Shown here: positions 8,046 to 14,989 of the stretch, piece by piece
How the letters are laid out: each line of letters begins with the position of its first letter
Numbering within the stretch: position 1 is the first letter of the stretch
Source of the DNA: Pyrobaculum sp.
GTDB lineage: Archaea > Thermoproteota > Thermoprotei > Thermoproteales > Thermoproteaceae
Assembly (NCBI GenBank): GCA_046293555.1
Contig: JBKBOT010000032.1
Coordinates: 1-19,247, forward strand
Direction of reading: 5' to 3'
Length of the DNA: 19,247 nucleotides
The notes under the pieces: model-generated
The model's database searches: none
What the model was told of the DNA's origin: nothing
The model's input: only the letters and a program-made list of their open reading frames with translations
Program-made: the position numbers and the translations under genes

Positions 8046-8244
8046 GCTGTTGGCAAAGACCACAGAGCTCAGATGTTCAAACTGCGGCCGCATCATATCG
8101 GGTAGCCCCATCGTGGTGAAGACATGTTGTGTAAACAAGCCCTGGACTTTCTGTAGTAGAGAATGTTACAAACAGTTTGTGGCCAAGTGGACTAGAAACC
8201 AAGACGCAGGAAGGGGGGGCACGCTCAGGAGGGGGATTGTCTAA
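8035..8244 (+). CDS. Small Cys-rich TRASH/zinc-finger-like protein
   Basis: CSNCG..I.G.P...K.CC....FCSREC pattern; start overlaps the thi4 3' end by 11 nt. Confidence 0.75.
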   Translation: MPFELLAKTTELRCSNCGRIISGSPIVVKTCCVNKPWTFCSRECYKQFVAKWTRNQDAGRGGTLRRGIV

Positions 8245-9109
8245 GGCTTTTTAAGAAATTCGATATGCGGGCTAGGCCGGCTTTATACACCTCTTTTATG
8301 TCTCTAACACGGGTGAGGGGTATGTCAAAATTGTGTGCCACCTCTTCTAGCGACGTACAATCAAGCTCTTTTATCGCCTCCCTTACCACATGTACGGCCT
8401 CTGTATTAAACATCTTGTCTGTTAACTCAGGTCTCTTGATGGCGGCCACAAATCTCTCCCAAAACTTCTTCTCCACGGCGCCTAGCGCCACGGCCCCTCC
8501 CTTACACCGGTAGATGTTATAGAAGGGGAACTCTCCTGTCAAAAACGTCAGCCCCCAGTCTGCGACGAGGGCGTAGTTTAGCAGGTTTAAGAACATTGCC
8601 ACGTCTTCCATAGATATCTCAAAATATCCCGGCTCTCCCTTCAGCACCTTAGCCACAGCCATCAGGGCGGCTAGCAGCCCGGTGGCCACGTCTACAGACT
8701 GGGGGACTGGGGGACCCCACTTTACATGGCCTGCGGCGGCTGCGAAATTTATGTCATGACCTGGGAGATCTTTAAAGCCCGTGATGGCTATGTACACAAG
8801 CGGGGGATTTATGCTAGAGAGGCGGCTATACCCAACCTCCAGCTTTTCTATAGTAGAAGGCCTGAAGGTAGTTACGACGGCCTTGACGCGTCTGGCTAGC
8901 TGATAAAAAGCAGCGCGGCTGGCCGCACTCCTCAAGTCTATATATACGACGTCTTTGTCCTCGTTAAGAAGTTTATACAACGTGGGAGATAGCTCCCGCA
9001 TTGGATCCCCTCCAGGCGGCTCGACTTTTATTACAGAAAACCCCAGGTCACATAACAGCCTGCCCACAAGCGGCCCCGGGTAAAGTGTTGACACCTCAAG
9101 AATGTCCAT
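8225..9109 (-). CDS. CaiB/BaiF class III CoA transferase (short form)
   Basis: YPGP..GRLLCDLG..VIKVEPPGGDPMR, FRP, ITGF, GHDINF (catalytic Asp) and FYNIYRCK motifs. Confidence 0.9.
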   Translation of the reverse strand: MDILEVSTLYPGPLVGRLLCDLGFSVIKVEPPGGDPMRELSPTLYKLLNEDKDVVYIDLRSAASRAAFYQLARRVKAVVTTFRPSTIEKLEVGYSRLSSINPPLVYIAITGFKDLPGHDINFAAAAGHVKWGPPVPQSVDVATGLLAALMAVAKVLKGEPGYFEISMEDVAMFLNLLNYALVADWGLTFLTGEFPFYNIYRCKGGAVALGAVEKKFWERFVAAIKRPELTDKMFNTEAVHVVREAIKELDCTSLEEVAHNFDIPLTRVRDIKEVYKAGLARISNFLKSLRQSPS

Positions 9110-9173
9110 AATTTCGGTAACTTATTACAGTTATATGTTTACAAAATTTATAAGGATGTAAAATCACCGCGAT

Positions 9174-10016
9174 GTGTTAGTAGTGTTAAACCTCACGGCG
9201 CCGCCTATCCTACTGATATTTCTGCCTCTTGCCGTTGTCGGCAATTATACACTCCCAGCCCCCGCCGTCTCCGACGTGGCGGCTTTTACGCTAAAGGGGG
9301 AGCCGCTGCCTAGCTGGGTTTTAAACAACACGCTTTATGTGCTACAAGGGGGAGAGCCAGCTGTGGCTATTTACGTCCCGACGTTTGACAACTCCACTGG
9401 GAAATACAAGGTGTCTATAAGGGGGGAAAGGGTGGTGCTGCAGGCTCCTCCAGGTGTGATGATTGACGACGTGAGGCCGCTGCCAAAAGACTACAAGATA
9501 AACAAGACTGGTCTCTACCTATACCTAGAGGGAGACGTCACAGTGGTCTACCACCCCTTCACGATAAGGCCGCCGGCAGCCCCCCAGACGACGACACCCA
9601 CAACGCCCACTCCCACCGTGGTTACACCCACAACGCCTGTGGTCACTCCTACTGCCGTGGTTACTCCCACCACGCCCACCCCTACGGCAACTCCCTCCCC
9701 AATGCCCACAGCGCCTGTAGACTGGACGTTAGTTGGGCTTGTGGCGGCGTTAGTTGTAGTTATTGCTGTAGTGGGATTATGGCTATCTAAAAAGCGGGGA
9801 GGCGGCAGTTGTGACGATTTAAATGAGACAGATCTGGCTATAATTAAGGCCGTGAGGGCGGGTGGGGGGGTGGTGGATAGAGCTGAGCTACAGGCGCGGC
9901 TCGGCATGGCCAAGACCACGTTACATCGCCATCTCCACAAGCTGGCTAGATATGGCTACATAAGGCTAGTGCAAGAGGGGCCCAGACAGAGGGTGGAACT
10001 CCTCCGGGAGTGTTAA
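9174..10016 (+). CDS. Single-pass membrane protein: extracellular domain, Pro/Thr stalk, TM helix, cytoplasmic winged HTH
   Basis: Asn-X-Thr sequons in the N-terminal domain (NLT, NYT, NNT, NST, NKT); PT-rich linker; TM LVGLVAALVVVIAVVGLWL followed by SKKR; wHTH LNETDLAII..VDRAELQARLGMAKTTLHRHLHKLARYGYI. TATA TTTATAAG at 9147. Confidence 0.85.
   Translation: MLVVLNLTAPPILLIFLPLAVVGNYTLPAPAVSDVAAFTLKGEPLPSWVLNNTLYVLQGGEPAVAIYVPTFDNSTGKYKVSIRGERVVLQAPPGVMIDDVRPLPKDYKINKTGLYLYLEGDVTVVYHPFTIRPPAAPQTTTPTTPTPTVVTPTTPVVTPTAVVTPTTPTPTATPSPMPTAPVDWTLVGLVAALVVVIAVVGLWLSKKRGGGSCDDLNETDLAIIKAVRAGGGVVDRAELQARLGMAKTTLHRHLHKLARYGYIRLVQEGPRQRVELLREC
9587..9712 (+). repeat. Low-complexity Pro/Thr (VVTPT-type) coding repeats
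   Basis: Three degenerate GTGGTYACWCCYAC units within TTTPTTPTPTVVTPTTPVVTPTAVVTPTTPTPTATPSP. Confidence 0.8.
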
Positions 10017-11095
10017 AAACCTCTATACAACGCCCCATATCTTCCGGGACTTCCCCTCATGTAGATCTCGTAGCCACAGCGAGGACATTTCTTCCCACTT
10101 AGATTAAACCTCGCCACGCGGTCTCCAAATCGCTTAATTACTAACTCCCCACATCTGGGACAATAGGTGTGTTGCCCCGGATGGCTTGGGACGTTGCCGA
10201 CATACACGTAGTCTAGCTCTCTTCGCGCATTTCTCCAAAACTGGTCTAATAACTCCACGGGCGTCGGCGGGTTGTTTAACAAATGGGCTGGGTGGTAGGC
10301 AGTGATGTGAAGAGGGGTCTCCCGGCCGAAAGAGGCCACGGTCTCAAGCACTTCTTCAAAATCGCCGTCGTTTACGCCGGGGATCACCAAATATGTGAAC
10401 TCTATGTGGATCCCCAAGGCTGTTGCCCTTCTCGCCGTGGATAGATACTTGTCGAAATCTGCTGCAAGCCACCGTCTATAAGTCTCGCGGCCCCCCTTGA
10501 TGTCTATATTCATGCCCTCTGGCATTATTGCAGTTAACGCCTCTTCTGTAAGATAGCCGTTGGTGTTTATAGATGTGTGAAGACCTTTCTCCCTCGCGAT
10601 TTTAAATAAATCCACTGCATATTCTCCTAACAACGTCGGCTCGTTAAAACTTATATTTATGCCAGAGTCGCCGTTTTCCACAGCCCACTCCACCACCCTC
10701 TCTGGCAGCACGAAGCGGCCGGTGGGCTTCGCTATCTTAGATAGATGCCAGTTTTGACACCAGGCGCAGGGGAAGGTACAGCCCCACGTGCTTATAGTCA
10801 AGGCAGAGGTGCCGGGGTAGAAGTGGTACATGGGCTTGATCTCCATAGGCCTAGACTCCACAGCCGACAGGAGGCCGTAGCCAGCTGTGTAAAGCCGCCC
10901 GCCTAGGTTAAACCTCATGCCACATGCCCCCACTGCCCCCTCCCCAAGCCTACACCTGCGGTGACACAAGCCGCAGACTATATACTCCCCCGCCTTCTGG
11001 TAGAAGGGAGACTCTCTCACGTTGGGTAGCTTCAGAAGTCCGCTATCCGGCGTATATATAGGCGTGGGCCATGAATAGATCATAAAATTTCCCAC
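10013..11095 (-). CDS. AmmeMemoRadiSam-type radical SAM enzyme (PflA-like); start may be ATG 11083
   Basis: N-terminal CGLCHRRC..GACG, EIKP.YHF.PG, CTFPCAWCQNW (CxxxCxxC), FNEPT, NIDIKG, YVYVGNV and C-terminal CPRCG..CPRCG. Confidence 0.9.
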   Translation of the reverse strand: MGNFMIYSWPTPIYTPDSGLLKLPNVRESPFYQKAGEYIVCGLCHRRCRLGEGAVGACGMRFNLGGRLYTAGYGLLSAVESRPMEIKPMYHFYPGTSALTISTWGCTFPCAWCQNWHLSKIAKPTGRFVLPERVVEWAVENGDSGINISFNEPTLLGEYAVDLFKIAREKGLHTSINTNGYLTEEALTAIMPEGMNIDIKGGRETYRRWLAADFDKYLSTARRATALGIHIEFTYLVIPGVNDGDFEEVLETVASFGRETPLHITAYHPAHLLNNPPTPVELLDQFWRNARRELDYVYVGNVPSHPGQHTYCPRCGELVIKRFGDRVARFNLSGKKCPRCGYEIYMRGSPGRYGALYRGF

Positions 11096-11173
11096 ATGTA
11101 TAAATAATGGGTTCTGTTTTCAATTTCAGAGAGACAACAGGCTAATTATTGTTAAGTGGAAACTATTACTGGG

Positions 11174-11240
11174 ACGCTTACAGACGCCATCTTAATAAAA
11201 CAGTGTCCTACATATTTTTGTCGCCTGCGTCTGTAAGTGT
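11174..11240. repeat. 14-bp inverted repeat with a 39-nt spacer downstream of copZ
   Basis: ACGCTTACAGACGC (11174-11187) versus GCGTCTGTAAGTGT (11227-11240): 13 of 14 Watson-Crick pairs, the remaining pair is G-U on the + strand. Confidence 0.8.
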
Positions 11241-11866
11241 TATAAAGCTCTTCCGGCGTATTTATACCCCGCCTCCTCTACAGCTTTCTTTATAATCTCC
11301 TCCTCTGCCGGCTTTGTCACCACGAGGCCTTTTCTAAAGTCTATTTTCACCACCTTCACGCCGTTTTCTTCAAGAAAGGCCCTTAGCGTGACGGCGCAGC
11401 CCTCGCAATGCATCCCCTCTACCTTAAAGGCCATCTGGCCGGCTTCTGGCTTGACGGCCGGCTGGGCCACATATGTCGGCACTCCCTCGGCCATGTAGTC
11501 TAGGCAACAACGGCCGCTTGGGTTTGTGATGGGACACCACTTACCTGTGCCTAGGCCTGTGTGTTTTTTTAAGTCTTCCACCGTCTTGCAACAAGTGGCG
11601 AGGTGGCGTTTTGCCTCTGCCTCTGTAACGCCGGCGCAGTAACATAGCGGCCTTTCGGGGCTAGACTCTTTGTGAAACACCCTGGTCTTCACCAAGTTTT
11701 TTGTAATTACTATGCCCTCCCCGTAGTAAACCACGTCGCAGTTTGGGTCTGGGCAAAACCAGTATTTCTGTCTCGTGAGCCTTGGCCACAGCTCTTCATA
11801 GACGTGATTTACCACTGTGGTTTTTAACACTAGAAAACCCTCGACGCCGTTGGCGGGACACCTCAC
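11240..11866 (-). CDS. copZ: Archaeoglobus-type CopZ copper chaperone (Zn/[2Fe-2S] N-domain plus HMA domain)
   Basis: MRCP..G..V...TV..HV, FCPDPNCDVVYY, KTRV, LCYC, WC..TNPSGRCC as in A. fulgidus CopZ (recalled); C-terminal HMA motif GMHCEGC. Confidence 0.88.
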   Translation of the reverse strand: MRCPANGVEGFLVLKTTVVNHVYEELWPRLTRQKYWFCPDPNCDVVYYGEGIVITKNLVKTRVFHKESSPERPLCYCAGVTEAEAKRHLATCCKTVEDLKKHTGLGTGKWCPITNPSGRCCLDYMAEGVPTYVAQPAVKPEAGQMAFKVEGMHCEGCAVTLRAFLEENGVKVVKIDFRKGLVVTKPAEEEIIKKAVEEAGYKYAGRAL

Positions 11867-11917
11867 GATATCTTGCCGTTATAGATATTTCAATTTTCAT
11901 CTCTAGGTTTCGGCATG

Positions 11918-11959
11918 TGTAACTCCAAACTCGACATAAGTTACAGCAAAACTATATTT
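11918..11959. promoter_or_regulatory. Inverted repeat TGTAACT-N14-AGTTACA followed by BRE/TATA of the Met-rich gene
   Basis: TGTAAC at 11918-11923 and GTTACA at 11940-11945, then GCAAAA-CTATATTT; shares ACATAAGTT(A/T)CA with the 3831-3846 site. Confidence 0.6.
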
Positions 11960-11979
11960 TGAAGCACGTTCTCACATCT

Positions 11980-12386
11980 ATGCATAAACTAACAATACTA
12001 ATAGCCACGTTGGCAATAATAACATACGCCCACCAAGGAGTAGCCACCGGAAACTGGACAGAAGGTTGGAATTGTCCAATGGGGATGGGACATATGGGGA
12101 TGTGGGGGCCAATGGGCAGCCCCATGGGGTGGTGGAACTCTGTCTCTACAGATTTGGGAGAAGAGACAGGAAGCTGGGCGGCTAATTGGGCTTGTCCCAT
12201 GTGTGGATGGGGGCCTATGGGGTGGTGGGGGCCAATGGGGAGATGGTGGGGCTGGGCCCCATGGGGGGATGGTGGGGCTGGCTGTGGATGGCCCTAGGGC
12301 TGTTGTTAGTAGTGTTGTTTGTAGTGGGTATAGTTCTTTTAATTATCTGGCTCTTTAGACAAGTAGCTGGTAAACAGTCTCACTAG
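11980..12386 (+). pseudogene. Exported Met/Trp/Gly-rich protein with C-terminal membrane anchor, split by a one-base frameshift
   Basis: Signal peptide MHKLTILIATLAIITYA from ATG 11980; repeated CPM/GPMGWW units. Adding one G at the G3 run (12254-12256) or the G6 run (12263-12268) joins it to WWGWLWMALGLLLVVLFVVGIVLLIIWLFRQ, ending at 12386. Confidence 0.75.
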
Positions 12387-12437
12387 ATACATATTTTTTC
12401 ATATATTAACTTTTTTATATTCCAATAAATCTATACT

Positions 12438-12608
12438 ATGGAAAGAGATCCTGTCTGTGGAATGGAGGTAGATCCGGCTACAGCCAGATATAAAACGCTA
12501 TATGGGGGGAAAGTTTATTATTTCTGCTCCCCTATGTGTAAGGAGGAGTTTGAAAAAAATCCCGGTTTTTACCTAACACACGGGCCGCGGGGGATGCCAC
12601 ACCACTAA
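12438..12608 (+). CDS. YHS/TRASH copper metallochaperone (CopT/CopM-like), 56 aa, absent from the ORF track
   Basis: Translates as MERDPVCGMEVDPATARYKTLYGGKVYYFCSPMCKEEFEKNPGFYLTHGPRGMPHH*; DPVCGM and YYFCSxxC motifs; ends 6 nt before the copA ATG. Confidence 0.93.
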   Translation: MERDPVCGMEVDPATARYKTLYGGKVYYFCSPMCKEEFEKNPGFYLTHGPRGMPHH

Positions 12609-12614
12609 CAATAC

Positions 12615-14951
12615 ATGGAGGTTAAAGTAGGCGTCAAAGGCAGGCAGACTGTCTTAAAGATATTGGGGATGCACTGTGCCACATGTTCCTTAACTATACA
12701 AAAAGCTTTGATGTCTGTAAAGGGCGTTAAATGGGTAGAGGCATCTCTGGCAAGCAACGAGGCTAGGCTTGTGGTAGACCCCTCTGTGGACTACGGCGAG
12801 TTAGGCCGGGCGGTGAGGCGTGTCGGCTATGACGTCTATAGGGAGGCTGCCTACCTTTATATTGACGTGAGGCCTGAAGAGGCAGACGCCGTGGTTAAGG
12901 CAGTGGGGCGGTGGGGTGTCTTTAACTCTGTCTACAACCCGGCGGTGGGGGCTCTCTACGTGGAATACAACCCGCTTGAAGTCTCTGTGGAAGAACTTGT
13001 CGAACGGCTTAAGAGGGCAGGTTTTGAAGTTAGGCGGATAGAACGGGGAGAGGCCGGGGTAGATCTCGACAGGGGGGTGATAGAGGCCGAGGGGCGTGAC
13101 CTCGCCAGACGTCTAAAGGTCGCCATCCCTCTCACCCTTTTACTTGTCGCCTCTATGTTTATCCATATACCACCGCTGGCCCAACTGGCGGCGGCGGCGG
13201 TGGTGCAGTTTTATGTAGGCTGGCGTTTTCTCAACGGGGCCTACCGGGCTTTCCGTAACGCCACAGCTAATATGGACACGTTAGTTACCTTAGGCACTCT
13301 GGGCACCTTTCTTTACAGCACGGCGGCGGCCTTCCTCGGCGGCTATCTCTTTTTTGAGGTGTCGGCTGTGGTTATAACCTTTGTCTTAACCGGCAGATAT
13401 ATAGAAAACAAGATGAGATTTAAGACTGGCGAGGCGGTGAGAAGACTAGCCCAGATGCAGCCTCCCAAGGCCAGGATATGGAGAGGGGGCAGGTGGGTTG
13501 AGACAGAGGCGGCAAAGCCGGGAGATCTCGTGGAGGTGCGGGAGGGGGAGAAGATACCGGTAGACGGCTATGTGGAAGACGGTTGGGGACATGTAGACGA
13601 GTCTGCCTTCACTGGGGAATATATGCCAGTGGAGAAGAAGAGGGGGGAGTTGGTACTAGCCGGCGCAGTTTTGACACGGGGCAGGCTTGTGGTGAGGACT
13701 ACCAGGTCTGGGAGATATACATATCTGGCGGAGATGGTGCGGCTAGTTAGACAGGCGCAAAACGCAAGGCTGCCGATTCAACGTATCGCCGACAAAGCCG
13801 CCGGCGTATTCACCTGGCTTGTCATCGGGATAGCCGCCTCCACCTTTGTAGGCTGGACGCTGGCGGGGGCGCCTTTATATATGGCCCTTATGTTCACGGC
13901 GGCGGTATTGGTAGTGGCCTGCCCCTGCGCCCTGGGGCTAGCCACCCCACTGGCGGTGGTGGTTGGGGTTGGGCGAGCGGCGGAGAGGGGGATATTAATA
14001 AGGCGGCCGGAGGCGTTGGAGAAAGCCACCAGGGCTAGGTATGTGGTTTTCGACAAGACGGGGACTTTAACCCTGGGGAGGCCAAAAGTGGTGAGGTATA
14101 TAGGACGGCGGGAGGCGTTGTATCTAGCCGCATGTGCCGAGTCTAAATCAAACCACCCCCTCGCCAGGGCTGTTGTGGAATATGTGGGGGAGGCCCATCT
14201 AAAGGAGCCTGAGGTTTACGACGCCCTGCCCGGCATGGGGATTTACGCACGGATAGACGGCGTTGTGGTGGGGGTGGGCAACGAGAGGTTGGTGGAGGGG
14301 ATGGGTGCCGTCCTGCCGGAGGAGTTCAGGAAGGAGGCCGATAGGCTTAGAGAAGAGGGACTTGTGGCGTCTTACGTAGTGGTGGGGAATGAGGTGAGGG
14401 GGCTATTTGCCCTAGGCGACGAGATTAGGCCAGACGCGGCGGCTGTCGTAGAGGCGCTTAGGAAGGGGGGGATGGAGCTGGTGGTGCTTTCTGGCGACAA
14501 CGAGAGGACTGTAAAAGCCGTGGCGGCTAGGCTGGGGATTGCCAGATATTACGCAGGTGCAGACCCGGAGAAGAAGGCAGAGGTTGTGACCAAGCTAAAA
14601 GACGGCGGCGTTGTGGTTTTTGTAGGCGATGGCGTTAACGACGCCCCCGCCCTCGCGGCGGCAGACGTGGGAATTGCGGTAGCTACAGGCACGGAAGTGG
14701 CTAAGGAGGCTGGAGATGTGGTGTTGCGACAAAGCGACTTGAAAAAAGTGGCTGAGGTGTTGCAGCTAGCCAGTAAGGTGGTAAACACGGCGAAGTTTAA
14801 CCTCTTCTGGGCCTTTATATACAACGCCATTTTGATACCACTGGCGGCAGGCGTGTTTTATCCACTATACCTCAGGCCTGAGTTCGCCGGGGCTGCCATG
14901 GCTCTTAGCAGCATCTCAGTCACGCTAAACGCCCTGAGGCTCAAGCTTTAG
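12615..14951 (+). CDS. copA: Cu(I)-exporting P1B-1 ATPase
   Basis: HMA GMHCATC plus a second Cys-less HMA-like domain; TGE, CPC, DKTGT, SNHP, GDGVND, YN and MALSS motifs. Confidence 0.96.
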   Translation: MEVKVGVKGRQTVLKILGMHCATCSLTIQKALMSVKGVKWVEASLASNEARLVVDPSVDYGELGRAVRRVGYDVYREAAYLYIDVRPEEADAVVKAVGRWGVFNSVYNPAVGALYVEYNPLEVSVEELVERLKRAGFEVRRIERGEAGVDLDRGVIEAEGRDLARRLKVAIPLTLLLVASMFIHIPPLAQLAAAAVVQFYVGWRFLNGAYRAFRNATANMDTLVTLGTLGTFLYSTAAAFLGGYLFFEVSAVVITFVLTGRYIENKMRFKTGEAVRRLAQMQPPKARIWRGGRWVETEAAKPGDLVEVREGEKIPVDGYVEDGWGHVDESAFTGEYMPVEKKRGELVLAGAVLTRGRLVVRTTRSGRYTYLAEMVRLVRQAQNARLPIQRIADKAAGVFTWLVIGIAASTFVGWTLAGAPLYMALMFTAAVLVVACPCALGLATPLAVVVGVGRAAERGILIRRPEALEKATRARYVVFDKTGTLTLGRPKVVRYIGRREALYLAACAESKSNHPLARAVVEYVGEAHLKEPEVYDALPGMGIYARIDGVVVGVGNERLVEGMGAVLPEEFRKEADRLREEGLVASYVVVGNEVRGLFALGDEIRPDAAAVVEALRKGGMELVVLSGDNERTVKAVAARLGIARYYAGADPEKKAEVVTKLKDGGVVVFVGDGVNDAPALAAADVGIAVATGTEVAKEAGDVVLRQSDLKKVAEVLQLASKVVNTAKFNLFWAFIYNAILIPLAAGVFYPLYLRPEFAGAAMALSSISVTLNALRLKL

Positions 14952-14989
14952 GACACCCCGGCGTTTTAAATATTAGAATACAATTCGAC

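Noticed and set aside
9116-9143. GGTAACTTATTACAG as a third copy of the TGTAAC/GTTACA operator upstream of the second wHTH gene
   Set aside because: Spacing is 2 nt shorter and the position does not match the 35-nt geometry; may be chance in AT-rich DNA.
10013-10016. Convergent genes sharing TTAA stop codons (also at 16941-16944)
   Set aside because: Common in compact archaeal genomes; no special function implied.
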